Origin: a virus
Direction: 5' to 3' (one strand)
IMG/VR virus record: IMGVR_UViG_3300024348_000005
Location: 83,744 to 147,743 of that record
DNA: 64,000 nt
Numbering within the stretch: position 1 is the first letter of the stretch; every line of letters begins with the position of its first letter. The notes below the pieces were generated by a model that saw nothing but the letters and a program-made list of their open reading frames with translations, was not told the origin of the DNA and made no database searches. Below are positions 1-9,293 of the stretch, piece after piece. Position numbers and translations under genes: made by a program.

Positions 1-1
1 T

Positions 2-1207
2 AATATATTCGCCGAAAATGCATATTTAACTAATTTAGAAATTGACAACATAACTTTAAATAGTTTATCACTTCCAGGTAATTTAACTGTAAGTGGTACA
101 ACAACATTATCTGGTTCTGTTTATGTTGAAGATTTAATTGAAAAAAGATTAGTTGTTGCTGGTGCCGGTGGTTTATTAACAAACTACAGTGGACTAACAT
201 TTAATAATGGTAATTTAAATGTTTCAGGAGCACTTGAAGTAACAAACATTCAAGGTACAGGTTCACTTTATTTACGACCTGACAAAGCCGACGGAAGATA
301 CTTTGAAATTTATAACACCGCAGCAAGTGATGTACACATTAAATCTAGTAATGGATTAAGTTTCTTTGGTGATGACACGAATTACTTAAAAATTGACGAC
401 TCAGCACAAACAGTAACAATTGATAGTACAAACGGAATATTTTTAGATAGTAATACAAAGGTTAATGGAACATTAATAGTTACTGGTACCACATCATTAC
501 AAAATACTTTAACTGTAACAGGTACTACAATAATTCATGGAAATGAAACAGTAAACGGTATTTTAACTGTAACGGGAAACACTCAATTAGGTGGTAACTT
601 ATATGTTTCAGGAACATTAGAAGTTTTAGGATCATCAACAGAGGTACATATACAATCAAATACGGTTGAAATTAATGACAATATTATTTTATTAAATGCA
701 TATTCACCATTTGAAAGATATGCGGGTATAGCATTATATGATTCAGGTTCAACAGGAGAATCGGGTTCATTCTTGTGGGATTCATTGAACAACTATTTCT
801 TAATGAACAATAACAGTGTAAGTAGTAAAGTTATTGGTACAACAACAAACACATTAGGTAACGAAAATAGTTTAACCTCAACATATTTTCCAATTGCAAC
901 TGGTGACAATACAATAGGAAATAGTTTGTTAAGATATTCAGGAACAACACTTTCATTTAATACTAACAAGTTTACTGTTGATTCATCAAGTGGTAATGTT
1001 TATGTAGATGGTAATGTTAGAGTTAATGGTGCTGGTGGTTCAAATTATACAGGTTATACATCTGAAATTGTATTTAAAAACAGTGATGATGATTTAGGAT
1101 TTGTTAGTAGTACTGACACACAAACAGTTACAACACAGTTATTGGGATATCAATCTTCTGATGGTACTTTAGTTTTCTCATCATTAATTGATGGTGGTTC
1201 ATACTAA
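2..1207 (+). CDS. Virion fibre/structural protein, 5'-truncated (frame open from window start, extends the 773..1207 ORF)
   Basis: Frame 2 translates without a stop from nt 2 to 1207; Thr/Gly/Val-rich beta repeats (GNLTVSGTT, TLTVTG, GNLYVSG); ends in IDGGSY, a phage-fibre-type DGG terminus. Confidence 0.8.
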   Translation, partial: NIFAENAYLTNLEIDNITLNSLSLPGNLTVSGTTTLSGSVYVEDLIEKRLVVAGAGGLLTNYSGLTFNNGNLNVSGALEVTNIQGTGSLYLRPDKADGRYFEIYNTAASDVHIKSSNGLSFFGDDTNYLKIDDSAQTVTIDSTNGIFLDSNTKVNGTLIVTGTTSLQNTLTVTGTTIIHGNETVNGILTVTGNTQLGGNLYVSGTLEVLGSSTEVHIQSNTVEINDNIILLNAYSPFERYAGIALYDSGSTGESGSFLWDSLNNYFLMNNNSVSSKVIGTTTNTLGNENSLTSTYFPIATGDNTIGNSLLRYSGTTLSFNTNKFTVDSSSGNVYVDGNVRVNGAGGSNYTGYTSEIVFKNSDDDLGFVSSTDTQTVTTQLLGYQSSDGTLVFSSLIDGGSY

Positions 1208-1226
1208 TTAATTAAAATTAAAATAT

Positions 1227-1254
1227 AAAGGGAACTCAAAAGGTTCCCTTTTTT
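1227..1254 (+). terminator. Intrinsic terminator
   Basis: aaagggaac-loop-gttcccttt stem followed by a T-run just after the stop at 1207. Confidence 0.8.
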
Positions 1255-1287
1255 ATTAAATTCTATTTATTTAAACTATTTTTTTGT

Positions 1288-1296
1288 GTATTTATA
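1288..1296 (+). promoter_or_regulatory. Putative late promoter RTATTTATA
   Basis: Same 9-mer upstream of the genes at 1361, 3410, 9294, 48583 and 62532. Confidence 0.6.
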
Positions 1297-1298
1297 GA

Positions 1299-1337
1299 AA
1301 GACTTATATAAGTCTTATTAACCGTGGTATATACCAC
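1299..1337. promoter_or_regulatory. Two perfect palindromes in the 5' leader
   Basis: aagacttatataagtctt (1299-1316) and gtggtatataccac (1324-1337), both centred on TATA. Confidence 0.55.
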
Positions 1338-1360
1338 AATTGAATGAGGGAACCATACAT

Positions 1361-3337
1361 ATGGCACAAATAGTCAAACTGCGTAGGAGCGCTGTATCCG
1401 GTCAAAAACCAACAAACAGTAATTTACAGCTAGGTGAATTAGCGTTGAATACCGCCGATGGTAAGGTATACATGGCAGTGTCAGGTTCGGGAGGACCCTC
1501 AATTCAAGAATTATTAGTAACAAACACGGTTAATACAGGTTCAATTTATCTTACAAATAATGTAACCGCATCTTTTTTCACAGGTTCATTTATTGGTAAT
1601 GGTACGGGTTTATATAACGTACCGGCAAGTGGTGTAACTGGATTAAGTCTTTACCAAATCGTAAGTGGTTCGGTATCTGCCTCAATATCACCTGATTTAG
1701 GATTTCAAATTAATACTAATACTGCAATAACAGGTACATTATCTGTTAGTGGTAATTTATTTGCAACATCATCACACGCAATTAGTGCATCATATGCCGC
1801 GAATGCCATTATTGTTTCTGGACAAACAAAAACTTTAACGGTAAATCCGGCAGCAACAACATGGTCATTCCAACATAATTTAGGTTACAAATATCCAGCA
1901 ATTAATGTTTTTGATGTTAATGATAATGTAGTTGTACCAAAAGAAATAACTGTAGTTGACAATAATAATTTAGTTGTATATTTCGATACACCACAAATAG
2001 GTACTGTAATTGCAACGATTGGTGGTAACGGTTCTTCCGGAACAAGCGGAACATCAGGTACGAGTGGTTCTTCAGGAACTGCAGGTACGTCAGGTACGTC
2101 AGGAACAAGTGGAAGTTCAGGATCATCAGGTTCTAGTGGTAGTTCAGGTACAACCGGTTCTTCAGGAACCTCAGGTTCATCGGGAAGTAGTGGTAGTACT
2201 ACCGTAGGTGCTTATAATTCTTTAACAGTATCAAGTCCAAGCACAACATGGTCATTTCAACATGATTTAGGTGCTCAATATCCTGTATTTCAAATTTATG
2301 ATACAAATGGTTTTGTAATAATTCCACAACAAATACAAGCCATTGATTTATATAATTCAACAATAACATTTTCATCACCACAATCAGGTATTGTTGTTGC
2401 AACTCTTGGTGAAGGTGGTGGTGGGTCTTCAGGTACTTCAGGCACTAGTGGAACCTCAGGTTCAAGCGGTAGTAGTGGAACTTCAGGTACGTCAGGAACA
2501 AGTGGAAGTAGTGGTACAAGTGGTTCTGCCGGAACTAGTGGTACTTCAGGTAGTTCAGGGTCAAGTGGAACGTCAGGAACAAGTGGTACATCAGGTTCTA
2601 GTGGTTCTTCAGGAACATCTGGTACAAGTGGTAGTGATGGTTCATCGGGTACTAGTGGTAGTAGTGGAACCTCAGGTTCAAGTGGTAGTAGTGGAACGGC
2701 CGGTACATCAGGTTCTTCAGGTTCTAGCGGTAGTAGTGGTACTAGTGGAACATCAGGGTCTAGTGGTACTAGTGGAACATCAGGGTCTAGTGGTTCGTCA
2801 GGAACAAGTGGTAGTAGTGGAACGTCCGGCACATCGGGTTCTTCAGGAACTGCGGGTACATCAGGTACATCAGTAACAGTTGGAGGTACGACTAATACGA
2901 TTGTTAAGTTTGATTCACCAACAACAATTGCTGATTCAAATATAGATGACAACGGTAGTTTAATTACACTAAACACAAATACAACAATTTCAGGGTCATT
3001 ATCTGTAACGGGAAGTGTTGGTATAACCAACGGTAGAATATATAATCAATATTCAAATGTTGTTTCAGGTACAACAAGTGTTTTTGCAATTCAAACAGGT
3101 TCATTTACCTCCGCATTTTTCAATTATACATTATATGATCAAGCAAACGCTAGAGCGGGTATTATTGTGAGTGCTTGGAATGGTAACATTATAAACTATA
3201 ATGAAACAACAACTACCGACATTGGAGACACAACGGATGCAACATTTGACATAACATTATCAAATGAAGGTCACATCGAATTAAAGGTTATTTCAACCGC
3301 TAACTGGTCTTTTAAAACAATGACAACATTTTTATAA
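1361..3337 (+). CDS. Tail-fibre-like protein with Mtd-N-like N-terminus, two H[ND]LG modules and (G-S/T-S)n tracts
   Basis: MAQIVKLRRS...LQLGELALNTADGKVY resembles phage fibre N-terminal attachment domains; ATG 1361 preferred over TTG 1340. Confidence 0.75.
   Translation: MAQIVKLRRSAVSGQKPTNSNLQLGELALNTADGKVYMAVSGSGGPSIQELLVTNTVNTGSIYLTNNVTASFFTGSFIGNGTGLYNVPASGVTGLSLYQIVSGSVSASISPDLGFQINTNTAITGTLSVSGNLFATSSHAISASYAANAIIVSGQTKTLTVNPAATTWSFQHNLGYKYPAINVFDVNDNVVVPKEITVVDNNNLVVYFDTPQIGTVIATIGGNGSSGTSGTSGTSGSSGTAGTSGTSGTSGSSGSSGSSGSSGTTGSSGTSGSSGSSGSTTVGAYNSLTVSSPSTTWSFQHDLGAQYPVFQIYDTNGFVIIPQQIQAIDLYNSTITFSSPQSGIVVATLGEGGGGSSGTSGTSGTSGSSGSSGTSGTSGTSGSSGTSGSAGTSGTSGSSGSSGTSGTSGTSGSSGSSGTSGTSGSDGSSGTSGSSGTSGSSGSSGTAGTSGSSGSSGSSGTSGTSGSSGTSGTSGSSGSSGTSGSSGTSGTSGSSGTAGTSGTSVTVGGTTNTIVKFDSPTTIADSNIDDNGSLITLNTNTTISGSLSVTGSVGITNGRIYNQYSNVVSGTTSVFAIQTGSFTSAFFNYTLYDQANARAGIIVSAWNGNIINYNETTTTDIGDTTDATFDITLSNEGHIELKVISTANWSFKTMTTFL
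2030..2870 (+). repeat. Coding Gly-X-Ser tripeptide (9-nt period) tracts, interrupted by one globular module
   Basis: ggttcttca/ggaacatca/ggtagttca units encoding GSS/GTS/GTA; boundaries approximate. Confidence 0.9.
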
Positions 3338-3365
3338 AAAATAAATGAAATTAAGTAAATAACAA

Positions 3366-3374
3366 ATATTTATA
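3366..3374 (+). promoter_or_regulatory. Putative late promoter RTATTTATA
   Basis: atatttata about 35 nt upstream of ATG 3410. Confidence 0.6.
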
Positions 3375-3409
3375 AAGGACTTAGTGTAATATAAAAACAA
3401 AAGTAAAAA

Positions 3410-6400
3410 ATGGCAAATCAATTCATAGTTAAAAACGGTCTCATTGTAGACCAAGGTGGCGCGATAATAACGGGTTCATCCAATATTTCGGGCTCATTAG
3501 CAATAACAGGTTCACTCAACCTTTCAGGTAGTCAAACAATTACCGGAAATTTAGAGGTTGGAGGTAATTTGATCGCCAATCAATACATTGTTTCTTCTTC
3601 AGTTAGTTATATAACAGAATCTTTTGCCTCAGGTTCACATAAATTTGGTGACAGTTTAGACGATAATCATGATTTTACTGGTAGTCTAAACATCACAGGT
3701 TCATTAAATATTAATGGTACTTCATATACTGCTGCAACATCAGGTACTTCAGGTACTTCAGGTAGTTCAGGAACAAGTGGTACATCGGGTTCTTCAGGGT
3801 CAAGTGGAAGTAGCGGTTCATCAGGAACAGCTGGTTCTTCAGGAACAAGTGGTACCTCAGGTTCTTCAGGAACTGCCGGTACGTCAGGTACATCAGGTTC
3901 TTCAGGTACATCAGGTTCTTCAGGTACTGCAGGAACAAGTGGTTCATCAGGTTCTTCAGGAACTAGTGGTTCATCTGGTTCTTCAGGTTCAAGTGGTACA
4001 TCAGGTTCAAGTGGTACTGCGGGTACTTCAGGAAGTTCAGGTACATCAGGTTCTGCAGGTACGTCAGGTACTTCTGGTTCAAGTGGTACTGCAGGAACAA
4101 GTGGTTCATCAGGTTCTAGTGGGTCAAGTGGTTCTTCAGGAACTTCAGGTTCTAGTGGATCAAGTGGAACATCAGGTTCTAGTGGTTCATCGGGAAGTTC
4201 CGGAACTTCAGGTTCAAGTGGTTCTTCGGGTAGTGATGGTTCTTCAGGAACATCAGGTACTTCAGGTACTGCGGGAACTTCAGGAACTTCAGGTTCTAGT
4301 GGTTCTTCAGGTAGTTCGGGTACATCAGGTTCTAGTGGTTCTTCAGGAACAAGTGGTTCATCGGGAACATCAGGTTCTAGTGGTTCTTCAGGTTCAAGTG
4401 GGTCTAGTGGTAGTTCTGGAACATCGGGTTCTAGCGGTTCTGCTGGTACATCAGGTTCTTCAGGTACTTCAGGTTCTAGTGGTTCTTCAGGTTCTTCAGG
4501 TTCTTCAGGAACTGCGGGAACATCAGGAACATCAGGTTCTTCAGGTTCTTCAGGTTCTTCAGGAACAGCAGGTACTGCGGGTACGTCAGGTACATCGGGT
4601 TCATCGGGAACATCAGGTTCATCAGGTTCTAGTGGAAGTAGTGGAACTGCGGGTACTTCAGGTACTTCGGGTACATCAGGTTCTTCAGGTTCATCAGGAA
4701 GTAGTGGTACTGCAGGTACTGCGGGTACATCAGGAACATCAGGTTCGTCTGGTACATCAGAGGTTTATAAAACAACATCAACTTCAACCTTTACATTAGG
4801 TCAAGCTGGATCATTAACGGTCCTATCAGGATTAAGTTACTCAGCGGGACAATCAATTATAATCGCTTACGACGTTAACAATTATCAAGAGTCTGACGTT
4901 GTAAGTTATAGTGGAACAACATTAACATTCACAGCACCAGATTCAAATGGTACTGTGGGTAGCGGTATATATTCAGATTGGACAATTAACTTGGATGGTG
5001 CAACAGGTGCCGATGGTAGTTCAGGAACCTCAGGTTCTTCAGGTTCTTCAGGTTCAAGCGGTTCATCAGGTTCAAGTGGTTCATCAGGTACAGCAGGAAC
5101 TTCAGGAACATCAGGTTCAAGTGGTTCTTCAGGAAGTAGCGGAACGGCTGGTACATCTGGTACATCAGGAAGTTCAGGTTCAAGTGGTTCATCAGGTTCA
5201 TCAGGTTCAAGTGGAACATCTGGATCAAGTGGAACATCAGGTTCTTCAGGTTCTTCAGGTTCTTCAGGAACATCAGGAACAAGTGGAAGTTCAGGTTCAT
5301 CAGGTTCATCAGGAACGGCCGGTACAAGTGGTAGTTCAGGAAGTTCAGGAACTGCAGGAACATCCGGTTCTTCAGGAACATCAGGTTCAAGTGGATCATC
5401 GGGAACTGCTGGTACATCAGGTACAAGTGGAACTTCAGGAAGTAGTGGTTCAAGTGGTTCGTCAGGAACTGCGGGTACATCTGGTTCTTCAGGTAGTTCA
5501 GGTTCATCAGGTACAGGTGGTACATCAGGGTCTTCAGGAACATCAGGAACATCAGGTTCTAGCGGTTCAAGTGGTTCTTCAGGAACAGCAGGAACAAGTG
5601 GTACCTCAGGTAGTTCAGGAACTGCAGGTTCTTCAGGAACAGCAGGTACAAGTGGAACATCGGGGTCTTCTGGTTCATCAGGTTCTTCAGGTGATAGTAT
5701 ATTCGCTTTAACAGGTTCAGTTTGGGAGACGAATTTTAGTGTTAAATTTAATCAACCAGTAACTTCTTCTGTATTCACAGGTTCATTTATAGGTGATGGT
5801 GCGGGTTTATATAATATTCCAGCGTCAGGTGTTACAGGATTAGAATTAAATAAAATAGTAAACGGTGCGGTAAGTGCATCTGTTTTATCTGATGGAACAT
5901 TCAGAGTAAACGGAGATACCTATATTAATGGTACATTAACCGCAAAAGAAATACATACGAGTATTGTTACATCTTCAGTACTTTACGAAAGTGGTAGTAC
6001 TAAATTTGGAGACACACTTGATGATACTCATTCATTTACTGGTTCTGTTAACATTACAGGTTCAATTTCATTAAATGGTCAAGCAATTGGTACAGGTAAA
6101 TTAGATGAAACAGCATTCAATACGTATGTTTCAGGTTCAAGTTCACAATTTGCCGGTACATCGTCATTTGCTGTTTCTTCATCATATGCTGTTTACGCTG
6201 AAAATGCGGTTATTGTTTCAGGTCAAACTAAAACATTAACAGTAGGTTCTAATACAACAACATGGTCATTTAATCATAGTTTAGGATACAAATATCCTGC
6301 AATTAACGTTTTTGACACTAACGACAAAGTTATTGTTCCAACAGAGATTGAGGTTATTGATAGTAATAATTTAAAAGTATATTTTAACGTACCACAAAGT

Positions 6401-9181
6401 GGTACAGTAATTGCAACTGTTGGTGGTAACGGTTCTTCAGGAACATCAGGAACCGCAGGTACAAGTGGTAGTTCAGGAACAGCAGGAACAAGTGGAACAT
6501 CAGGTTCTTCAGGTAGTTCAGGTTCTTCAGGTTCTTCAGGTAGTTCAGGAACATCAGGTTCAGCAGGTACTTCAGGTTCTAGTGGTTCTTCAGGAACCGC
6601 CGGTACATCAGGTAGTGACGGTTCTTCAGGAACATCGGGTAGTTCAGGTTCTAGTGGTTCTTCGGGAACTGCGGGTTCATCAGGAACTTCAGGTAGTTCA
6701 GGTTCATCAGGTAGTTCAGGAACAAGTGGAACGTCAGGTTCTAGTGGTTCAAGTGGTTCATCAGGAACAAGTGGAACTTCAGGAACTTCGGGTTCATCAG
6801 GAAGTTCAGGTACAAGTGGAACATCAGGTTCGTCAGGAACAAGTGGAAGTTCGGGTTCATCAGGTTCTAGTGGTTCTTCAGGAACTGCAGGTACGTCAGG
6901 TACTTCAGGAACAAGTGGAAGCTCAGGTTCTTCAGGTTCTAGTGGAACATCAGGTTCATCAGGTTCTTCGGGAAGTTCAGGAAGTTCGGGTTCATCAGGA
7001 ACATCAGGAACATCAGGTTCATCAGGAAGTTCAGGGTCAAGTGGAACTGCTGGTACTTCGGGTACTTCAGGTTCATCGGGGTCATCAGGAAGTAGCGGAA
7101 CTGCTGGTACATCGGGTACATCAGGTACTTCAGAGGTTTATAAAACAACATCAACTTCAACCTTTACATTAGGTAATTCAGGTTCGTTAACAGTACCAAG
7201 TGGATTAAGTTATTCAGTTGGACAGTCAATTATAGTTGCGTACGATATAAATAATTATCAAGAGTCGGTTGTCGTTAGTTATAGCGGGACAACATTAACA
7301 TTTAGTGCACCTAACATTAATGGTACTTTTGGTAGTGGTATATATTCAGATTGGAATATTAACTTAGATGGTACAACAGGTGCTGACGGTTCTTCAGGTA
7401 CTTCAGGTACTTCAGGTACTTCAGGTTCTAGTGGTTCATCAGGTTCGTCAGGAACAGCGGGTACTTCAGGTTCAAGTGGTTCAAGTGGTTCATCAGGAAC
7501 ATCGGGTTCAGCGGGTACTTCAGGTAGTTCAGGGTCAAGTGGAACATCTGGTTCAAGTGGTTCTTCAGGTACTTCAGGTAGTTCGGGTTCTTCAGGAACA
7601 GCCGGTACAAGTGGAACATCAGGTTCTAGTGGTTCAAGTGGAAGTTCTGGTACATCAGGCACTTCAGGAACATCAGGTTCAGCGGGTACTTCAGGTAGTT
7701 CAGGGTCAAGTGGAACATCAGGTTCTTCAGGAACATCGGGTTCTTCAGGTTCAAGTGGTTCTTCAGGCACCGCAGGCACTTCGGGTACCTCGGGAAGTTC
7801 AGGTTCATCAGGAAGTTCAGGTAGTAATGGATCATCAGGAACAAGTGGAACATCGGGTTCTTCAGGAACATCGGGAAGTAGTGGTAGTACTACGGTAGGT
7901 GCATACAATTCATTAACCGTATCAACACCAAGTACAACATGGTCATTCCAACACGATTTGGGAGCACAATATCCTGTTGTTCAAATTTACGATTCAAACG
8001 GATTTGCAATTATACCTACAACAATTAGAGCAATTGACTTATATAATATTGAAGTAACATTCTCAACACCACAAGCCGGTTTAATTGCGGTGACACTTGG
8101 TGAAGGTGGTGGTGGTTCATCAGGAACAAGTGGTAGCTCAGGTTCTTCAGGTTCTTCAGGAACCGCAGGTACAAGTGGTAGTTCAGGAACTGCAGGTTCA
8201 TCTGGTTCTTCAGGAACTGCAGGTTCAAGTGGTACATCAGGAACAAGTGGAACATCTGGTTCTAGTGGTTCAAGTGGAACATCGGGTACATCAGGTAGCT
8301 CAGGTTCTTCAGGAACAAGTGGAAGTTCAGGTACATCAGGTTCATCAGGAAGTTCAGGTACTTCAGGTTCGGCTGGAACATCAGGAACAAGTGGTACAAG
8401 TGGTTCTAGTGGGTCAAGTGGTTCATCGGGAACAAGCGGTAGTTCAGGTTCTTCAGGAACTTCAGGTTCAAGTGGGTCATCTGGTTCTTCAGGAACATCA
8501 GGTACTTCAGGAAGTTCAGGTAGTTCAGGTTCATCAGGAACCGCGGGAACAAGTGGTTCAAGTGGAACATCAGGAACTTCAGGTTCGTCAGGTTCTAGTG
8601 GGTCATCTGGTACTTCAGGTACGAGTGGAACATCAGGTTCTTCAGGAACGTCAGGTTCTAACGGTTCAAGTGGTACGAGTGGTTCAAGTGGTTCTTCAGG
8701 AACAGCAGGTACTTCAGGTTCCGCGGGTACATCAGGTACATCAGGTTTAATAACATTAGCGGGAACAACTGATAATGGTATTATAACACTCAATGGTAGT
8801 TCACCAAATGGTACCGTTGAATCTAATTTAACATTTAATGGTTCAACATTAGATTTGACGGGTGACATCTTAATGAATTCTAAAGTTGGTTTTAAATCAG
8901 AAAGAATTACAGGTGTAACAGGAACATCAACAGTGTTTATATTAACAGGATTTGATGGTATGGTTATGGATTACTTGGCAAAAAATGGTTCTAACATGAG
9001 AGCGGGTACGGTTGTGGGTATTTGGGATGGTTCAAATTCTAATTTATCTGAAACGACAACAACTGACTTAGGTAACACAACTGCAATCACATTTAGTGTA
9101 TCAAATGCGGGAACAATAAGTGTAAACGCGTCATCAGGAACATGGACAATTACTGCAACAGTAAGAGCGTTAAGTAGTTAA
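3410..9181 (+). CDS. Giant modular fibre-like protein (1923 aa) with five G-S/T-S repeat tracts
   Basis: Long ORF with a duplicated EVYKTTSTSTFTLG...DWxINLDG module, H[NSD]LG modules and KFGD[ST]LDD modules; C-terminal domain homologous to that of 1361-3337. Confidence 0.8.
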   Translation: MANQFIVKNGLIVDQGGAIITGSSNISGSLAITGSLNLSGSQTITGNLEVGGNLIANQYIVSSSVSYITESFASGSHKFGDSLDDNHDFTGSLNITGSLNINGTSYTAATSGTSGTSGSSGTSGTSGSSGSSGSSGSSGTAGSSGTSGTSGSSGTAGTSGTSGSSGTSGSSGTAGTSGSSGSSGTSGSSGSSGSSGTSGSSGTAGTSGSSGTSGSAGTSGTSGSSGTAGTSGSSGSSGSSGSSGTSGSSGSSGTSGSSGSSGSSGTSGSSGSSGSDGSSGTSGTSGTAGTSGTSGSSGSSGSSGTSGSSGSSGTSGSSGTSGSSGSSGSSGSSGSSGTSGSSGSAGTSGSSGTSGSSGSSGSSGSSGTAGTSGTSGSSGSSGSSGTAGTAGTSGTSGSSGTSGSSGSSGSSGTAGTSGTSGTSGSSGSSGSSGTAGTAGTSGTSGSSGTSEVYKTTSTSTFTLGQAGSLTVLSGLSYSAGQSIIIAYDVNNYQESDVVSYSGTTLTFTAPDSNGTVGSGIYSDWTINLDGATGADGSSGTSGSSGSSGSSGSSGSSGSSGTAGTSGTSGSSGSSGSSGTAGTSGTSGSSGSSGSSGSSGSSGTSGSSGTSGSSGSSGSSGTSGTSGSSGSSGSSGTAGTSGSSGSSGTAGTSGSSGTSGSSGSSGTAGTSGTSGTSGSSGSSGSSGTAGTSGSSGSSGSSGTGGTSGSSGTSGTSGSSGSSGSSGTAGTSGTSGSSGTAGSSGTAGTSGTSGSSGSSGSSGDSIFALTGSVWETNFSVKFNQPVTSSVFTGSFIGDGAGLYNIPASGVTGLELNKIVNGAVSASVLSDGTFRVNGDTYINGTLTAKEIHTSIVTSSVLYESGSTKFGDTLDDTHSFTGSVNITGSISLNGQAIGTGKLDETAFNTYVSGSSSQFAGTSSFAVSSSYAVYAENAVIVSGQTKTLTVGSNTTTWSFNHSLGYKYPAINVFDTNDKVIVPTEIEVIDSNNLKVYFNVPQSGTVIATVGGNGSSGTSGTAGTSGSSGTAGTSGTSGSSGSSGSSGSSGSSGTSGSAGTSGSSGSSGTAGTSGSDGSSGTSGSSGSSGSSGTAGSSGTSGSSGSSGSSGTSGTSGSSGSSGSSGTSGTSGTSGSSGSSGTSGTSGSSGTSGSSGSSGSSGSSGTAGTSGTSGTSGSSGSSGSSGTSGSSGSSGSSGSSGSSGTSGTSGSSGSSGSSGTAGTSGTSGSSGSSGSSGTAGTSGTSGTSEVYKTTSTSTFTLGNSGSLTVPSGLSYSVGQSIIVAYDINNYQESVVVSYSGTTLTFSAPNINGTFGSGIYSDWNINLDGTTGADGSSGTSGTSGTSGSSGSSGSSGTAGTSGSSGSSGSSGTSGSAGTSGSSGSSGTSGSSGSSGTSGSSGSSGTAGTSGTSGSSGSSGSSGTSGTSGTSGSAGTSGSSGSSGTSGSSGTSGSSGSSGSSGTAGTSGTSGSSGSSGSSGSNGSSGTSGTSGSSGTSGSSGSTTVGAYNSLTVSTPSTTWSFQHDLGAQYPVVQIYDSNGFAIIPTTIRAIDLYNIEVTFSTPQAGLIAVTLGEGGGGSSGTSGSSGSSGSSGTAGTSGSSGTAGSSGSSGTAGSSGTSGTSGTSGSSGSSGTSGTSGSSGSSGTSGSSGTSGSSGSSGTSGSAGTSGTSGTSGSSGSSGSSGTSGSSGSSGTSGSSGSSGSSGTSGTSGSSGSSGSSGTAGTSGSSGTSGTSGSSGSSGSSGTSGTSGTSGSSGTSGSNGSSGTSGSSGSSGTAGTSGSAGTSGTSGLITLAGTTDNGIITLNGSSPNGTVESNLTFNGSTLDLTGDILMNSKVGFKSERITGVTGTSTVFILTGFDGMVMDYLAKNGSNMRAGTVVGIWDGSNSNLSETTTTDLGNTTAITFSVSNAGTISVNASSGTWTITATVRALSS
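3737..8746 (+). repeat. Coding (Gly-Ser/Thr-Ser)n tracts (approx. 3737-4757, 5013-5692, 6431-7131, 7388-7888, 8110-8746)
   Basis: Gly at every third residue over hundreds of codons, with mixed synonymous codons. Confidence 0.9.
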
Positions 9182-9201
9182 GATTTAAATAAAAAATAGA
9201 T

Positions 9202-9229
9202 AAAAAGGGGGAATTTATCCCCCTTTTTT
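9202..9229 (+). terminator. Intrinsic terminator, possibly bidirectional
   Basis: aaaaaggggga-loop-tcccccttttt stem after the stop at 9181. Confidence 0.85.
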
Positions 9230-9249
9230 ATTTTATAACAAACCGTTTA

Positions 9250-9258
9250 ATATTTATA
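9250..9258 (+). promoter_or_regulatory. Putative late promoter RTATTTATA
   Basis: atatttata between the terminator and ATG 9294. Confidence 0.6.
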
Positions 9259-9293
9259 TAGTAACACATTAGTGGAAATGAAACTAATCAATT

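Noticed and set aside
4758-7390. Duplicated modules as DGR template/variable repeats
   Set aside because: Both copies lie inside one ORF, the differences are not visibly adenine-specific, and no reverse transcriptase is in the window.
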